The notes under the pieces: model-generated
The model's input: only the letters and a program-made list of their open reading frames with translations
What the model was told of the DNA's origin: nothing
Database searches by the model: none
Shown here: positions 20,060 through 29,206 of the stretch, one piece after another
How positions within the stretch are numbered: position 1 is the first letter of the stretch
Layout: the number at the start of each line of letters is the position of its first letter
From: Snowella sp.
GTDB taxonomy: Bacteria; Cyanobacteriota; Cyanobacteriia; Cyanobacteriales; Microcystaceae
Direction of reading: 5' to 3'
NCBI GenBank assembly: GCA_035285545.1
Contig: JAYKGY010000035.1
Location: forward strand, 1 to 58,797
DNA: 58,797 bases
Program-made: the position numbers and the translations under genes

Positions 20060-21451
20060 TTATTGGGCAGCGATCCCTTCAGTTCGAGCCGCATGTTGAA
20101 CAGCCCCTGCTACAGCACTCGCAACTCTTGAGTTAAACACGGAAGGAATGATGTGTTCCTTATCGAGTTGATTACTGGGAACCAAAGACGCGATCGCTTT
20201 AGCCGCTTCTAGATACATATTATCGGTTATTGTCCTGGCTCGACAGTCTAATGCCCCGCGAAAGACCCCCGGAAAGGCGAGAACATTATTAATTTGGTTG
20301 GGGTAATCGCTCCGACCCGTTGCCATGACCGCCACATCATTGAAAATCAATTCGGGTTGAATTTCGGGAATCGGGTTGGCCATCGCAAAAACAATGGGAT
20401 CTTTACCCATCGATTTCACCATTTCACGGGTTACAACCCCTGGCGCACTAACCCCTAAGAAAATATCGGCTCCCCGCATCGCATCGGCTAAATCCCCAGT
20501 TGCACTAACGGCATAGGCTTTTTTCTGGGGGTTTAAATCAGTCCGGTCTTTTGACAAAATACCTTTAGAATCGCAAATCCAGATGGTGGTGGCTCCGGCT
20601 TTTTGTAACAACGACGCGATCGCTAATCCTGCGGCTCCGGCTCCATTGATCACAATACGAACGGTGTTCAGGGATTTATTAACCAATTTGAGCGCATTAA
20701 TCAAAGCGGCTAGGGTAACAATGGCGGTTCCGTGTTGATCATCATGGAAAACGGGAATCTTCAATTCCTGACGTAATCGCGCTTCAATTTCAAAGCACCT
20801 TGGAGCAGCAATATCTTCTAAATTAACCCCTCCGAAAACGGGCGCAATGCGCTTAACGGTCTGAATAATTTCTTCGGTGTCCTGGGTATTCAAACAAATG
20901 GGGAAGGCATCAATACCGGCAAATTCCTTAAAGAGCATGGCTTTTCCTTCCATGACAGGTAAGGCGGCTTCTGGCCCTAAATTCCCTAATCCTAAAACCG
21001 CACTGCCATCGGTCACCACTGCAACGGTATTGTTTTTAATGGTTAAGTTGTACACCTGGGCGGGATCTTCGGCGATCGCGCGACAAATGCGACCCACCCC
21101 TGGCGTATAGGCCATGGCTAAATCGGATTGAGAAGTCAGGGGAATACGGCTTTGAATGCTAATTTTGCCTTTTTTATGCAAATCAAAGGTACGATCCGAA
21201 ACGCCAAGCAGTTTAATATCTTCTAAGTTTTTAACGGCCTCAACAATTTTTTCTGCGTGTTCTTCGCTAGAGGCATTAACGGTAATTTCCCGTTGGGTAA
21301 TTTTCAGGGTACTTTCAATTAACGAAATTTGTCCAAAGCTCCCCCCTTCCGACGCGATCGCTTGGGTGACAGACGCAAGGGAACCAGACTTATTGGGTAA
21401 TTCGAGACGAATATTGACACTATAACTAGGATTTGGAGTTAAATTGACCAT
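20060..21451 (-). CDS. NAD(P)-dependent malic enzyme with N-terminal ACT domain
   Basis: AYTPGV, VTDGSAVLGLG, MEGKA, NLEDI, HDDQHGT, TGRSDYPNQINN. Confidence 0.95.
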   Translation of the reverse strand: MVNLTPNPSYSVNIRLELPNKSGSLASVTQAIASEGGSFGQISLIESTLKITQREITVNASSEEHAEKIVEAVKNLEDIKLLGVSDRTFDLHKKGKISIQSRIPLTSQSDLAMAYTPGVGRICRAIAEDPAQVYNLTIKNNTVAVVTDGSAVLGLGNLGPEAALPVMEGKAMLFKEFAGIDAFPICLNTQDTEEIIQTVKRIAPVFGGVNLEDIAAPRCFEIEARLRQELKIPVFHDDQHGTAIVTLAALINALKLVNKSLNTVRIVINGAGAAGLAIASLLQKAGATTIWICDSKGILSKDRTDLNPQKKAYAVSATGDLADAMRGADIFLGVSAPGVVTREMVKSMGKDPIVFAMANPIPEIQPELIFNDVAVMATGRSDYPNQINNVLAFPGVFRGALDCRARTITDNMYLEAAKAIASLVPSNQLDKEHIIPSVFNSRVASAVAGAVQHAARTEGIAAQ

Positions 21452-21621
21452 GCTGTATATTGACTCGCTCAGAGGAACGCAAACCAATATACAGAGTAAT
21501 GCCTATTGGGTTAGTCGGCTATGGAACAAAGTAATATAAAGTCACAATTAAGGAACTGTTTGATTCTCTTTCTCCCTAATGTTTCTGTTATGCCATTTAC
21601 CAAAATCATAGAAAACACAAA

Positions 21622-21652
21622 ATCCTGTTTTGGGATTATCCGAAAATAGGTT
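21622..21652. promoter_or_regulatory. Tandem C-protein operator (ATCC-N7-GGAT x2)
   Basis: ATCCtgttttgGGAT-t-ATCCgaaaataGGTT upstream of the XRE gene; a third copy lies at the MTase promoter. Confidence 0.7.
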
Positions 21653-21691
21653 TATCTTGGCTTTAGTAACTTGTGTACTGAGTCAAGGACG

Positions 21692-21943
21692 ATGAAATCT
21701 ATTTTTAGCCCAGAATATGATGTTTTCCGTAAATGCATGATTGCAGCGCGAAAAGATGCCAAGCTGACTCAAGCAACCCTTGCTAAGGCTATCGAAAAGC
21801 CCCAATCCTTCGTTGCAAAATACGAGAATGGTGAAAGAAGAGTAGATGTTATTGAATTCCTTATAGTTACTCATGCAATTGGTGTAGATCCTTGTGAGAT
21901 TTTACGAAAAATTGAACAAACTTGCAGCAACACATCTTGTTAG
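21692..21943 (+). CDS. XRE-family HTH regulator (R-M controller protein-like)
   Basis: ARKDAKLTQATLAK...QSFVAKYENGERRVD; directly upstream of the putative REase. Confidence 0.88.
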   Translation: MKSIFSPEYDVFRKCMIAARKDAKLTQATLAKAIEKPQSFVAKYENGERRVDVIEFLIVTHAIGVDPCEILRKIEQTCSNTSC

Positions 21944-21951
21944 GCAGAAAT

Positions 21952-22869
21952 ATGAACACACAGGATGTTATTAAGTTAGCCACTCAATATATAGCTACTC
22001 TGTCAGGGCATTCATTTGACCTATTGGATATTTCTAAACCTATCTCTCCTAATGCAGCAGTTAATCTAGCAAAAGTCATTTCAAAGCTGTCGCCGTTATT
22101 AGGAAATTTGATTGAATTTAATACTGTTGAGTTTCTCAATCAGAAAGAAGTATTTAAACCCTTTGGAGAATGGAAAAGACAAGATCCAGGGTTTCCTGAT
22201 ACTATTTTCGACGGCAAAATACGACCTACGCCAGGATTAGAAATAAAAGCATGGTTTCCATTAGCTACCGAGATAACAGCCCGATTCAAAGATAGCCAAA
22301 ATCATTTTCAATCCGATCAAACTTATGTGGCGTTGCTAGCTTGGTTGCCAGAAGCCGTAATTTACGGAAAACCTCAAATTTTAGATGTGTGTGTTGTATC
22401 CGCTTCCTCAGTGGCTAAAGCTAGAGATGATCATTATCATAATCCCCCTGATTATCTTGTTTTAGAACCAGAAGACACAACTCAAAGAACAGCAAATTTG
22501 CAGCAAACAAATACTAACGGACACAAGTTTCAAGGAACAGATGAAGATTTACTTGAAGCTAAAGAAATAGTTAAGTCTTGGGGAGATGGGGGGATAATTT
22601 ATAGACCTACCCAAGATTATCAGAAACTCTTACGGGAACTCACCACCCGTTTTAAATATAGATTAGACACTAACTTCGCAAAGCTGGACAGAATTAAGCA
22701 TTCAGAAATTGAAGAATTTAAGGAGCGTGTTTACAAAACAGAGTTTTCTGGAATGAAAGTTGGGCAGTGGAATAAACTTTTAGCAAGCAACCAAGATAAG
22801 TTAATAGAATCTGCTTTGGAAAAACATCTTGGAATTAGAGTAGAGAGCATTGATGAACTACTTGACTAA
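21952..22869 (+). CDS. Putative type II restriction endonuclease
   Basis: GNLIE...PGFPD...GLEIKAW PD-(D/E)xK pattern; lies between the C gene and the MTase. Confidence 0.7.
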   Translation: MNTQDVIKLATQYIATLSGHSFDLLDISKPISPNAAVNLAKVISKLSPLLGNLIEFNTVEFLNQKEVFKPFGEWKRQDPGFPDTIFDGKIRPTPGLEIKAWFPLATEITARFKDSQNHFQSDQTYVALLAWLPEAVIYGKPQILDVCVVSASSVAKARDDHYHNPPDYLVLEPEDTTQRTANLQQTNTNGHKFQGTDEDLLEAKEIVKSWGDGGIIYRPTQDYQKLLRELTTRFKYRLDTNFAKLDRIKHSEIEEFKERVYKTEFSGMKVGQWNKLLASNQDKLIESALEKHLGIRVESIDELLD

Positions 22870-23923
22870 ACCTTTTGACTCCATAGTAGAAATAAGCTTC
22901 GTCAATTTCACAAGCGAAAGCTTTTCGACTCAGCATATTGGCAGCTAAAGATGCACTGAAAAGTCCCCCAAATGGTTCCCAAACGACATCCTGTTCCTCA
23001 CTTGAAGCTTCAATAATTAATTTCATCAGATCAAGTGGCTTTTGATTTAAGTGAATGGCCTTACCATCAGCAGACTTAATTCGTTCATCATCACGTAAAG
23101 CTGAACGATCCCAAACGTTTGTAAAACCATGTGGGCAATTAAATTTAGAGCGCATCTTCTCCCACTCTTCACCTGTTAAAGGACGCTTCTCATTTTTAGA
23201 AAAATAGGGTTTTCCCTCTGGTTTTCCGTGTTCGTTTGCATAGGAAACTAATTTTTCAAACATTTCGGGCGGCGGAAAATACCATAAATGTCCTTGATCA
23301 AAATATTTTCTTGTTGCTGCGTCTGCAACACCACAAGCCAAATTAGCTTGGCGCAAAGGCAAGCCCGATCTTAACCATTCCTTTCGGAGCCATTCTTTAA
23401 GCGTTAAGTCAGCAATTTTGACTTCTCTAACGTATTGGACACAAACCTCTGTAACGACTGGGAAACGCCTTATTTTTTCTGTGTTAACATTACCTGCAAT
23501 ATGACCTTTTCCTTTATTCCATATATTGCAATTAACATATCGCCAGCCAAATTTCTCAAGCATTGGATGTACCACAGCCCAGCCAATTTCTGAGTTCCAA
23601 AACCAAAGAGTTGTATTTGGCAAGGCAAACTTAGACCAAGCTTCTACATGAGGTTCATACCACTCAGGTAGATCAAGATGATTTGATGTATCACCTTCAA
23701 ATCCTAAAATACCATAGCCTCCGTCTGAGACTATTACTGTAGGTTGTTCCCAAGAATCGTAATGTTCAATACTATTACCAAGATTCAGACTAACATTGCT
23801 GTTATTCCAAGTTGAATAAGTAAGTTTCTCAGTGAGTTGGACAGTTTTGCCACGTCCAACAGTACTTGTTGCCTTATGTTTTTTTACACTTGACAGGCTA
23901 TGTGAAGGTTTAGGAAGACCCAT
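22835..23923 (-). CDS. Amino (N4C/N6A) DNA methyltransferase, beta class, with variant motifs
   Basis: VSDGGYG (DPPY-like) precedes HLNQKPLDL and WEPFGGLFS...ACEID (SAM-binding). Confidence 0.85.
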   Translation of the reverse strand: MGLPKPSHSLSSVKKHKATSTVGRGKTVQLTEKLTYSTWNNSNVSLNLGNSIEHYDSWEQPTVIVSDGGYGILGFEGDTSNHLDLPEWYEPHVEAWSKFALPNTTLWFWNSEIGWAVVHPMLEKFGWRYVNCNIWNKGKGHIAGNVNTEKIRRFPVVTEVCVQYVREVKIADLTLKEWLRKEWLRSGLPLRQANLACGVADAATRKYFDQGHLWYFPPPEMFEKLVSYANEHGKPEGKPYFSKNEKRPLTGEEWEKMRSKFNCPHGFTNVWDRSALRDDERIKSADGKAIHLNQKPLDLMKLIIEASSEEQDVVWEPFGGLFSASLAANMLSRKAFACEIDEAYFYYGVKRFSQVVHQCSLL

Positions 23924-23968
23924 GTATTTGTCTTATCATTTAACAAACAGGATGAACATTGATACTTT

Positions 23969-23983
23969 ATCCTGTTTTAGGAT
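23969..23983. promoter_or_regulatory. Single C-protein operator at the MTase promoter
   Basis: ATCCtgttttaGGAT, 14/15 identical to 21622-21636. Confidence 0.7.
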
Positions 23984-24157
23984 ATTTAGCTACCCTGTAA
24001 ACCAATGACCTGGAAAATTAGCTGAAGATCGCCTAACTTGTCGAAAAGAGGGATTGCGGCATAACTACTTTGTTACCAGCTTGATCAATCTCCCTTTTAC
24101 AAACTTGATTGACACGCGATTTTGCTTTAATTTAAAAAAAAGAACAATCAAGAGCTT

Positions 24158-24382
24158 GTGAAGCGAATTACTATTAATCCTGATGTCATGCGTGGTAAAC
24201 CTGCGATTAAAGGAACACGACTTACGGTAGAGTTTATTTTAAATCTTCTGGCTAATGGGGCGACAATTTCAGAAATTGTAGATGAGTATGAAGGATTAAC
24301 AGAAGAAGATATAAGAGCTTGCCTTTTGTTTGCTTCACGCTCCATTGAAAGCAGCAGTTTTTGGGATAACTTTTTGTCATAA
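24158..24382 (+). CDS. DUF433 antitoxin-like protein (orphan)
   Basis: ITINPDVMRGKPAIKGTRLTVE...LTEEDIRACL. Confidence 0.9.
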   Translation: MKRITINPDVMRGKPAIKGTRLTVEFILNLLANGATISEIVDEYEGLTEEDIRACLLFASRSIESSSFWDNFLS

Positions 24383-24435
24383 CGGAAGAAAGATCCCGAT
24401 TTCCCAAGCAACAGAATTAATAGTTAAAGCAAAGG

Positions 24436-25350
24436 ATGACGATGCAAAATTCTCAAGTGATCGGTATAGATTTAGGGGGAACCGCCATTAAAATAGGCAG
24501 ATTTTTAGAAGATGGAACCTGTTTGCAGTCTTTTTCTCTTCCTACGCCTCAACCATCCTATCCGATCGCGGTTTTTGAAACCTTAGTAAAGGGCATACAG
24601 GAACTTAAAACTGATGATTGTGTGGCGATTGGCGTGGGAACCCCTGGTCCAGCCGATGCCACAGGACGAATTGCCAAATTAGCTATTAACTTGCCTGAAT
24701 GGATCAATGTTCCCTTAGCCGATTGGATCGAAAAAGAAACGGGCTTACCCACTACCCTAAGTAATGATGCTAACTGTGCCGGATTAGGAGAAGCGTGGTT
24801 AGGCGCAGGAAAACGCTTCAAGAATTTTATTTTATTAACCTTGGGAACAGGCGTTGGCGGGGCCATTTTTCTCAATGGAGAATTATTTGCAGGACATCAA
24901 GGTGCAGGTGGAGAGTTAGGATTAATCACGATTAATTTTGATGGGCCGATGTGCAATAGCGGTAATCGCGGTTCCCTTGAGCAATACGTTTCTGTGCAAG
25001 CGATTCGGCGGGAAACAGGCATGGAAGGCTTAGAACTTGCTCAACTGGCAGAACAGGGAGATCCAGAAGCTTTAGCCTTTTGGGAACGTTACGGCAGATT
25101 ATTGGGAATTGGCATCAGTAATTTAGTTTATGTCCTAACGCCAGAAGCCGTTATTCTTGGGGGGGGATTAAGTGCGAGCGCAAAATGGTTTTTACCTTCG
25201 GTGTGGGCCGAATTAAATCAGCGGGTTTTATTTCCGTCACGGGAAAATTTAGAAATTATTGTGGCAGATTTGGGAAATGAGGCAGGAATGCTAGGGGCAG
25301 CAAAACTGGCTTGGCAAAGGTACAGAAGCAGAAAAACTCAAGAATACTGA
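24436..25350 (+). CDS. glk: ROK-family sugar kinase (glucokinase)
   Basis: GIDLGGT, NDANCAGLGE, TLGTGVGG, GELG, C.SGNRGSLE. Confidence 0.9.
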   Translation: MTMQNSQVIGIDLGGTAIKIGRFLEDGTCLQSFSLPTPQPSYPIAVFETLVKGIQELKTDDCVAIGVGTPGPADATGRIAKLAINLPEWINVPLADWIEKETGLPTTLSNDANCAGLGEAWLGAGKRFKNFILLTLGTGVGGAIFLNGELFAGHQGAGGELGLITINFDGPMCNSGNRGSLEQYVSVQAIRRETGMEGLELAQLAEQGDPEALAFWERYGRLLGIGISNLVYVLTPEAVILGGGLSASAKWFLPSVWAELNQRVLFPSRENLEIIVADLGNEAGMLGAAKLAWQRYRSRKTQEY

Positions 25351-25555
25351 AGACATTCTCGCTTGTTTGCAATACGCGATCGCGATTTAAAACACAAAAC
25401 CCCCATCCCAACAAATCCACTTTAACAAAAGCATTCGGGAAAGAGGTTTCAAACGAAACTTAAATTATTAACGTTCCAAGGACAAACATCAAAAAATTAA
25501 GACTGGGATTTAACTTTTTAGCAAAAATCAAAGTGAAATCAACCAATCTTGTCTC

Positions 25556-25771
25556 TTAAGCTTCTTGATTAACAAAGGGTAATAAAGCTACTAAACGAGC
25601 ACGCTTAACCGCAGTGGTCAAATCCCGTTGTTGTTTAGCCGTTAAACCAGTGATACGACGGGGAAGAATTTTACCGCGTTCAGTGATAAATTTACGGAGC
25701 AGATCGGTATCCTTGTAATCAATGGGTTGGGTCGGAGGCAGAGGAGACAGACGTTTACGGTAGTAATTCAT
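25556..25771 (-). CDS. rpsR: 30S ribosomal protein S18
   Basis: [24 protein letters not shown]. Confidence 0.98.
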   Translation of the reverse strand: MNYYRKRLSPLPPTQPIDYKDTDLLRKFITERGKILPRRITGLTAKQQRDLTTAVKRARLVALLPFVNQEA

Positions 25772-25821
25772 AATCTTTATACAGGAATGTTTTCGTTAAT
25801 TGAATTTGTTTAGAGATGAAA

Positions 25822-26022
25822 TTATTTAATTTCTTTATGTACAGTATGGGAATTGCAGTGGGGGCAGAACTTTTTCAGTTCTAAGCGGGCTGTGGTGTTA
25901 CGACGATTTTTGGTCGTGGTGTAACGGGAAACACCGGGGGAACGTTTGTTGCTATTATTGCGACATTCGGTGCATTCGAGCGTGATAATTAGACGCGCAC
26001 CTTTTCCTTTTTTGCTAGCCAT
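25822..26022 (-). CDS. rpmG: 50S ribosomal protein L33
   Basis: [37 protein letters not shown]. Confidence 0.98.
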   Translation of the reverse strand: MASKKGKGARLIITLECTECRNNSNKRSPGVSRYTTTKNRRNTTARLELKKFCPHCNSHTVHKEIK

Positions 26023-26210
26023 AATAAATTTAGAGGAACAATCTTTTCATTTTAGACGCGATCATTGATTATCTCATAGATGATTGCAGATTGACAAGTT
26101 CCTAAAAAGTCAAATCAGGCAAAGTCATTATTACTCTCGCCCTTTGGAGCCGTTTAGCGTTAATGTCGCCTTTTGCTTAAGTTTGCTGGGCAAGCGGTTA
26201 AAAATCAGCA

Positions 26211-27200
26211 TTAATTGACGTAAAAGTTTAAAACTAACCCAAATAGCAGGATTAATTGAATCGCTAAAATCGTCAAATACAAAACGGGGCGGAAACGGAA
26301 AACGGCCAATAATAAAAATAAATTTTTCAGATTAATTACAGAATTGGTTAATAGGAAAGTGAGGGATGAGCCTATCCAGAAGTTACTCATCAACGGCAGT
26401 AAAAAAGAGGTGCTGGTGAGCGTGCCCAAAGATAACACTATCCCGAATAACATCAGGACGAGGAGTTGGCGGAAAGGATCATTACTCCAAATTAATAAAT
26501 CATCCTGCGGTAAATAAATTTGAATGACCGCAGCGATCGCCGACCCTAACAATAACCAGGGAATCAACTCTAAACTTTCTTGGAAACTGTTAGTCAACAA
26601 TAAAGTTAGCTTTTCCCACCAAGGGCGTTGATGAACTTCAGGGGTAGCGTATTCATAAATCAGATTGCCACTGCGTTGGAGCGGATCATTAATTTCCTGA
26701 TGTTCAATAAAACTGCCTGAGCGTAATAGGGGAACTCGACACAGGGGCGTTAACACCCTATCAGATGACGGTTTTTCTCGATAGGAACTAAACACTAAAG
26801 CAATGACAATGGCCATAAACCAGGTCAGGACAATTCGCAAAAAGATTAACCGAGGTTGGGCGGCAAGAGCAGAGAGGGTAAACCAAATGACAATAGGATT
26901 AACGGTCGGCCCAGCAATGAGAAAGCTAATGGCTAAGGGAAGGGGCGCGCCCTGTAAGAGTAAACGTCGAACCACTGGAACGACCCCGTATTGACCCAAC
27001 GGTAAAATCATTCCCAAGCTACTTCCCAAAATGCTGTTAAGAATACGATTTCGAGGAAAACGGGCGATTAGCTTATGATCATCTACGAAAACCAAAAGTA
27101 GACTAGAAAAGAGAATTCCTAAGAGCAAAAAAGGTAAAGAGAGTAAGACCTGGCTCAAAAATAGAGTCAATGCATTGTCGAGTTGGGGAATAGGGGCCAT
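26211..27200 (-). CDS. Predicted permease (DUF318/ArsP-like)
   Basis: Multi-TM; LPFLLLG, VPVVRRLL.QGAP, FLIAGPTVNPI. Confidence 0.82.
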   Translation of the reverse strand: MAPIPQLDNALTLFLSQVLLSLPFLLLGILFSSLLLVFVDDHKLIARFPRNRILNSILGSSLGMILPLGQYGVVPVVRRLLLQGAPLPLAISFLIAGPTVNPIVIWFTLSALAAQPRLIFLRIVLTWFMAIVIALVFSSYREKPSSDRVLTPLCRVPLLRSGSFIEHQEINDPLQRSGNLIYEYATPEVHQRPWWEKLTLLLTNSFQESLELIPWLLLGSAIAAVIQIYLPQDDLLIWSNDPFRQLLVLMLFGIVLSLGTLTSTSFLLPLMSNFWIGSSLTFLLTNSVINLKNLFLLLAVFRFRPVLYLTILAIQLILLFGLVLNFYVN

Positions 27201-27289
27201 TTGCTCTGGTTTAATTTTCTAGACAGTAAGCTCTCTAAACAACTTACCCTATCCTTACGCTGGCCACAATCTTAGAAAGAGAGAAAAGT

Positions 27290-27363
27290 CCCCTAAGATC
27301 AGAAAGAGAACCGACGACTTTCCGTGTTTCGTCTCGGCTCTCCGACTGGTTCGCTCCTCACAC
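27290..27363 (-). ncRNA. yfr2: Yfr2-family small RNA
   Basis: Minus strand begins GTGTGAGGAG; hairpin GAGAGCCGAGAC-GAAACACGGAAA-GTCGTCGGTTCTC carries the Yfr2-type loop; TATAGT just upstream; 3' end approximate. Confidence 0.82.
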
Positions 27364-27418
27364 TTAACCTTACTATACAGTATGTTTACTTATTCGCTCA
27401 TTTTTTTATTAAAAATTT

Positions 27419-28279
27419 TTACAATTCTTCAGGAGCCGCAAGGTTTAATTGCGTCATTAAAAGTTCCTGTAATATAAACCGAGTATTTAGGATTAGCAGC
27501 CGTTTAAAATCCCCTAAACCAGCATTTGTATCGACTTGATGATTAGCCAGATTAAAATTTTTATCAAAACTTAAAAAAGCCTCACTCAAATTAACAGCTA
27601 TTTTTGACCAATTTTCTGTTTTTTCGGCTGTGAGGTAATCGGTTACTCGCAATAGGTGTTCTAGTAGCGATCGCGTTGAAGGCGGCAGAATCAGGGGTTT
27701 TGAGGATGACGAGGGGACAGGAGAGAATGAACAGAATACCGATTGATCCAGTAAACGCAGTAGGCTACAAGCACGAGCATGGGCATATTGACAGTAAGCC
27801 GCAGGAGGCGATGCCGTAATCCCTTGGCGGGGGACAAGTTGGGATCTTTGCAGAAATTGTTGAGAAAGATAGGCTAACCAAACTTGGAGCGAAAGATAGT
27901 CACAATTAAAAATCAGCCAGTTATGGTCAATAATTTGAATCCTCATTACCAAATCTGCTTGATTGTCGTCCTGCTCGTTTTTTTGGGCTAAATTTGTCCA
28001 CAGGTGGGCTGCTAAGCTATCTACAGGTAGGGAGGAATGGTTGGCGAGTTTGAACGTGATCGCGGAACGAAAAATATATTGCTCAGCTTCCAGGATCGGA
28101 GTCAGGGGAATTTCAGGGGCAGAAAGGAAACGCAATAATTCCTGCAACCCGGAATCCCGTTGGGCAATTTCAGTAAGACGCACGTAAATGGATTGCTGTA
28201 AGAAGCGTTTGAAAGACAGGATAGCTCGGAAATCATTGTTTTTTTGCAGATTGATGGGTAAATAACAGATTGTCGTCAT
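27419..28279 (-). CDS. DALR anticodon-binding domain protein
   Basis: YCQYAHARACSLL and a C-terminal L.L.APEEL, as in the ArgRS C-domain; no catalytic domain. Confidence 0.8.
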   Translation of the reverse strand: MTTICYLPINLQKNNDFRAILSFKRFLQQSIYVRLTEIAQRDSGLQELLRFLSAPEIPLTPILEAEQYIFRSAITFKLANHSSLPVDSLAAHLWTNLAQKNEQDDNQADLVMRIQIIDHNWLIFNCDYLSLQVWLAYLSQQFLQRSQLVPRQGITASPPAAYCQYAHARACSLLRLLDQSVFCSFSPVPSSSSKPLILPPSTRSLLEHLLRVTDYLTAEKTENWSKIAVNLSEAFLSFDKNFNLANHQVDTNAGLGDFKRLLILNTRFILQELLMTQLNLAAPEEL

Positions 28280-28416
28280 TTTTGATTTATACTAGGGGCA
28301 AAAATCTTGACCGAATATTTCCCGCTGAATTCTGTAATATTGTTGTTTTTGTTACGCTTGCTTTGATAATCCGACATTTTTTTATTTATTATGCTCTGCA
28401 AAATCATTAATCATTT

Positions 28417-29088
28417 ATGCCAATATCTGATGACCAAGCCTTGTCAGCGATATCGGAACTCGTAGCGTGGGGAAAAGTTCATTACCGCGATCGCACCTTT
28501 AATAAAGATATCTTCATTCCTACTCGCCCAGGGTTATTATACGTTGTACATCAAGGCGCAATTCGGCTAATCGGTCGCAGTACCAACTCGTTAGATGAGA
28601 GTGGAGACACCATATCGCCCGTATTACTGAGTTTGGTCGGAGAGAACCGTCCGTTTGAAATCGCCGCTCAGTCCACATTTGTATTTGAAGCCTACGCCCA
28701 AATCGATCAAACTTCCGTAATTTGGCTCTATTGGAATGAACTGACCCAATGGCCAACCCTCCACCTTACTATTCTGGAAGCTTTTCATCGTCATTATCAA
28801 TCCCAACTCATTTGGGTCAATGCGTTAGGACAAAAATCCACCCTAGAAAGATTACTGAGCTTTTTAGCCTTATTGATGGCTGAATACGGGCAACCTGTTG
28901 CGGAGGGATATTGTTTTCCCTATCCCCTTACCCATGGCCAAATTGGCAATGCGATTCGAGCGACGCGGGTAACGATTACTCGCCTAATGGTGCGACTACG
29001 CCAACAGGAAATTATCTTTCTGAAAGATGACTTAATTTGTCTGGAGCGACGGACATTCCAGCAATATAAACCCCTGAGACCCCAGTAG
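28417..29088 (+). CDS. Crp/Fnr-family transcriptional regulator
   Basis: ERLLSFL, PLTHGQIGNAIRATRVTITRL HTH. Confidence 0.88.
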   Translation: MPISDDQALSAISELVAWGKVHYRDRTFNKDIFIPTRPGLLYVVHQGAIRLIGRSTNSLDESGDTISPVLLSLVGENRPFEIAAQSTFVFEAYAQIDQTSVIWLYWNELTQWPTLHLTILEAFHRHYQSQLIWVNALGQKSTLERLLSFLALLMAEYGQPVAEGYCFPYPLTHGQIGNAIRATRVTITRLMVRLRQQEIIFLKDDLICLERRTFQQYKPLRPQ

Positions 29089-29118
29089 GAAAGATGGCGT
29101 AAAATCTTTTTGAGCTTT

Positions 29119-29167
29119 ATCCCCCCCTGCCCCCCTTACTAAGGGGGGAGCCGATAGGCGGGGGGAT
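29119..29167. repeat. GC-rich palindromic repeat between convergent genes (likely bidirectional terminator)
   Basis: ATCCCCCC...CCCCCCTTACTAAGGGGGG...GGGGGGAT nested inverted repeats, a type common in cyanobacteria. Confidence 0.75.
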
Positions 29168-29206
29168 TTTATAAAAATAAGGTTGACTTACTTATTAAAT
29201 TTTTCA

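Noticed and set aside
27353..27363. Yfr1 RNA on the plus strand (CTCCTCACAC)
   Set aside because: No Yfr1 terminator hairpin follows; the motif is the complement of the Yfr2 5' end, and the Yfr2 loop is present on the minus strand
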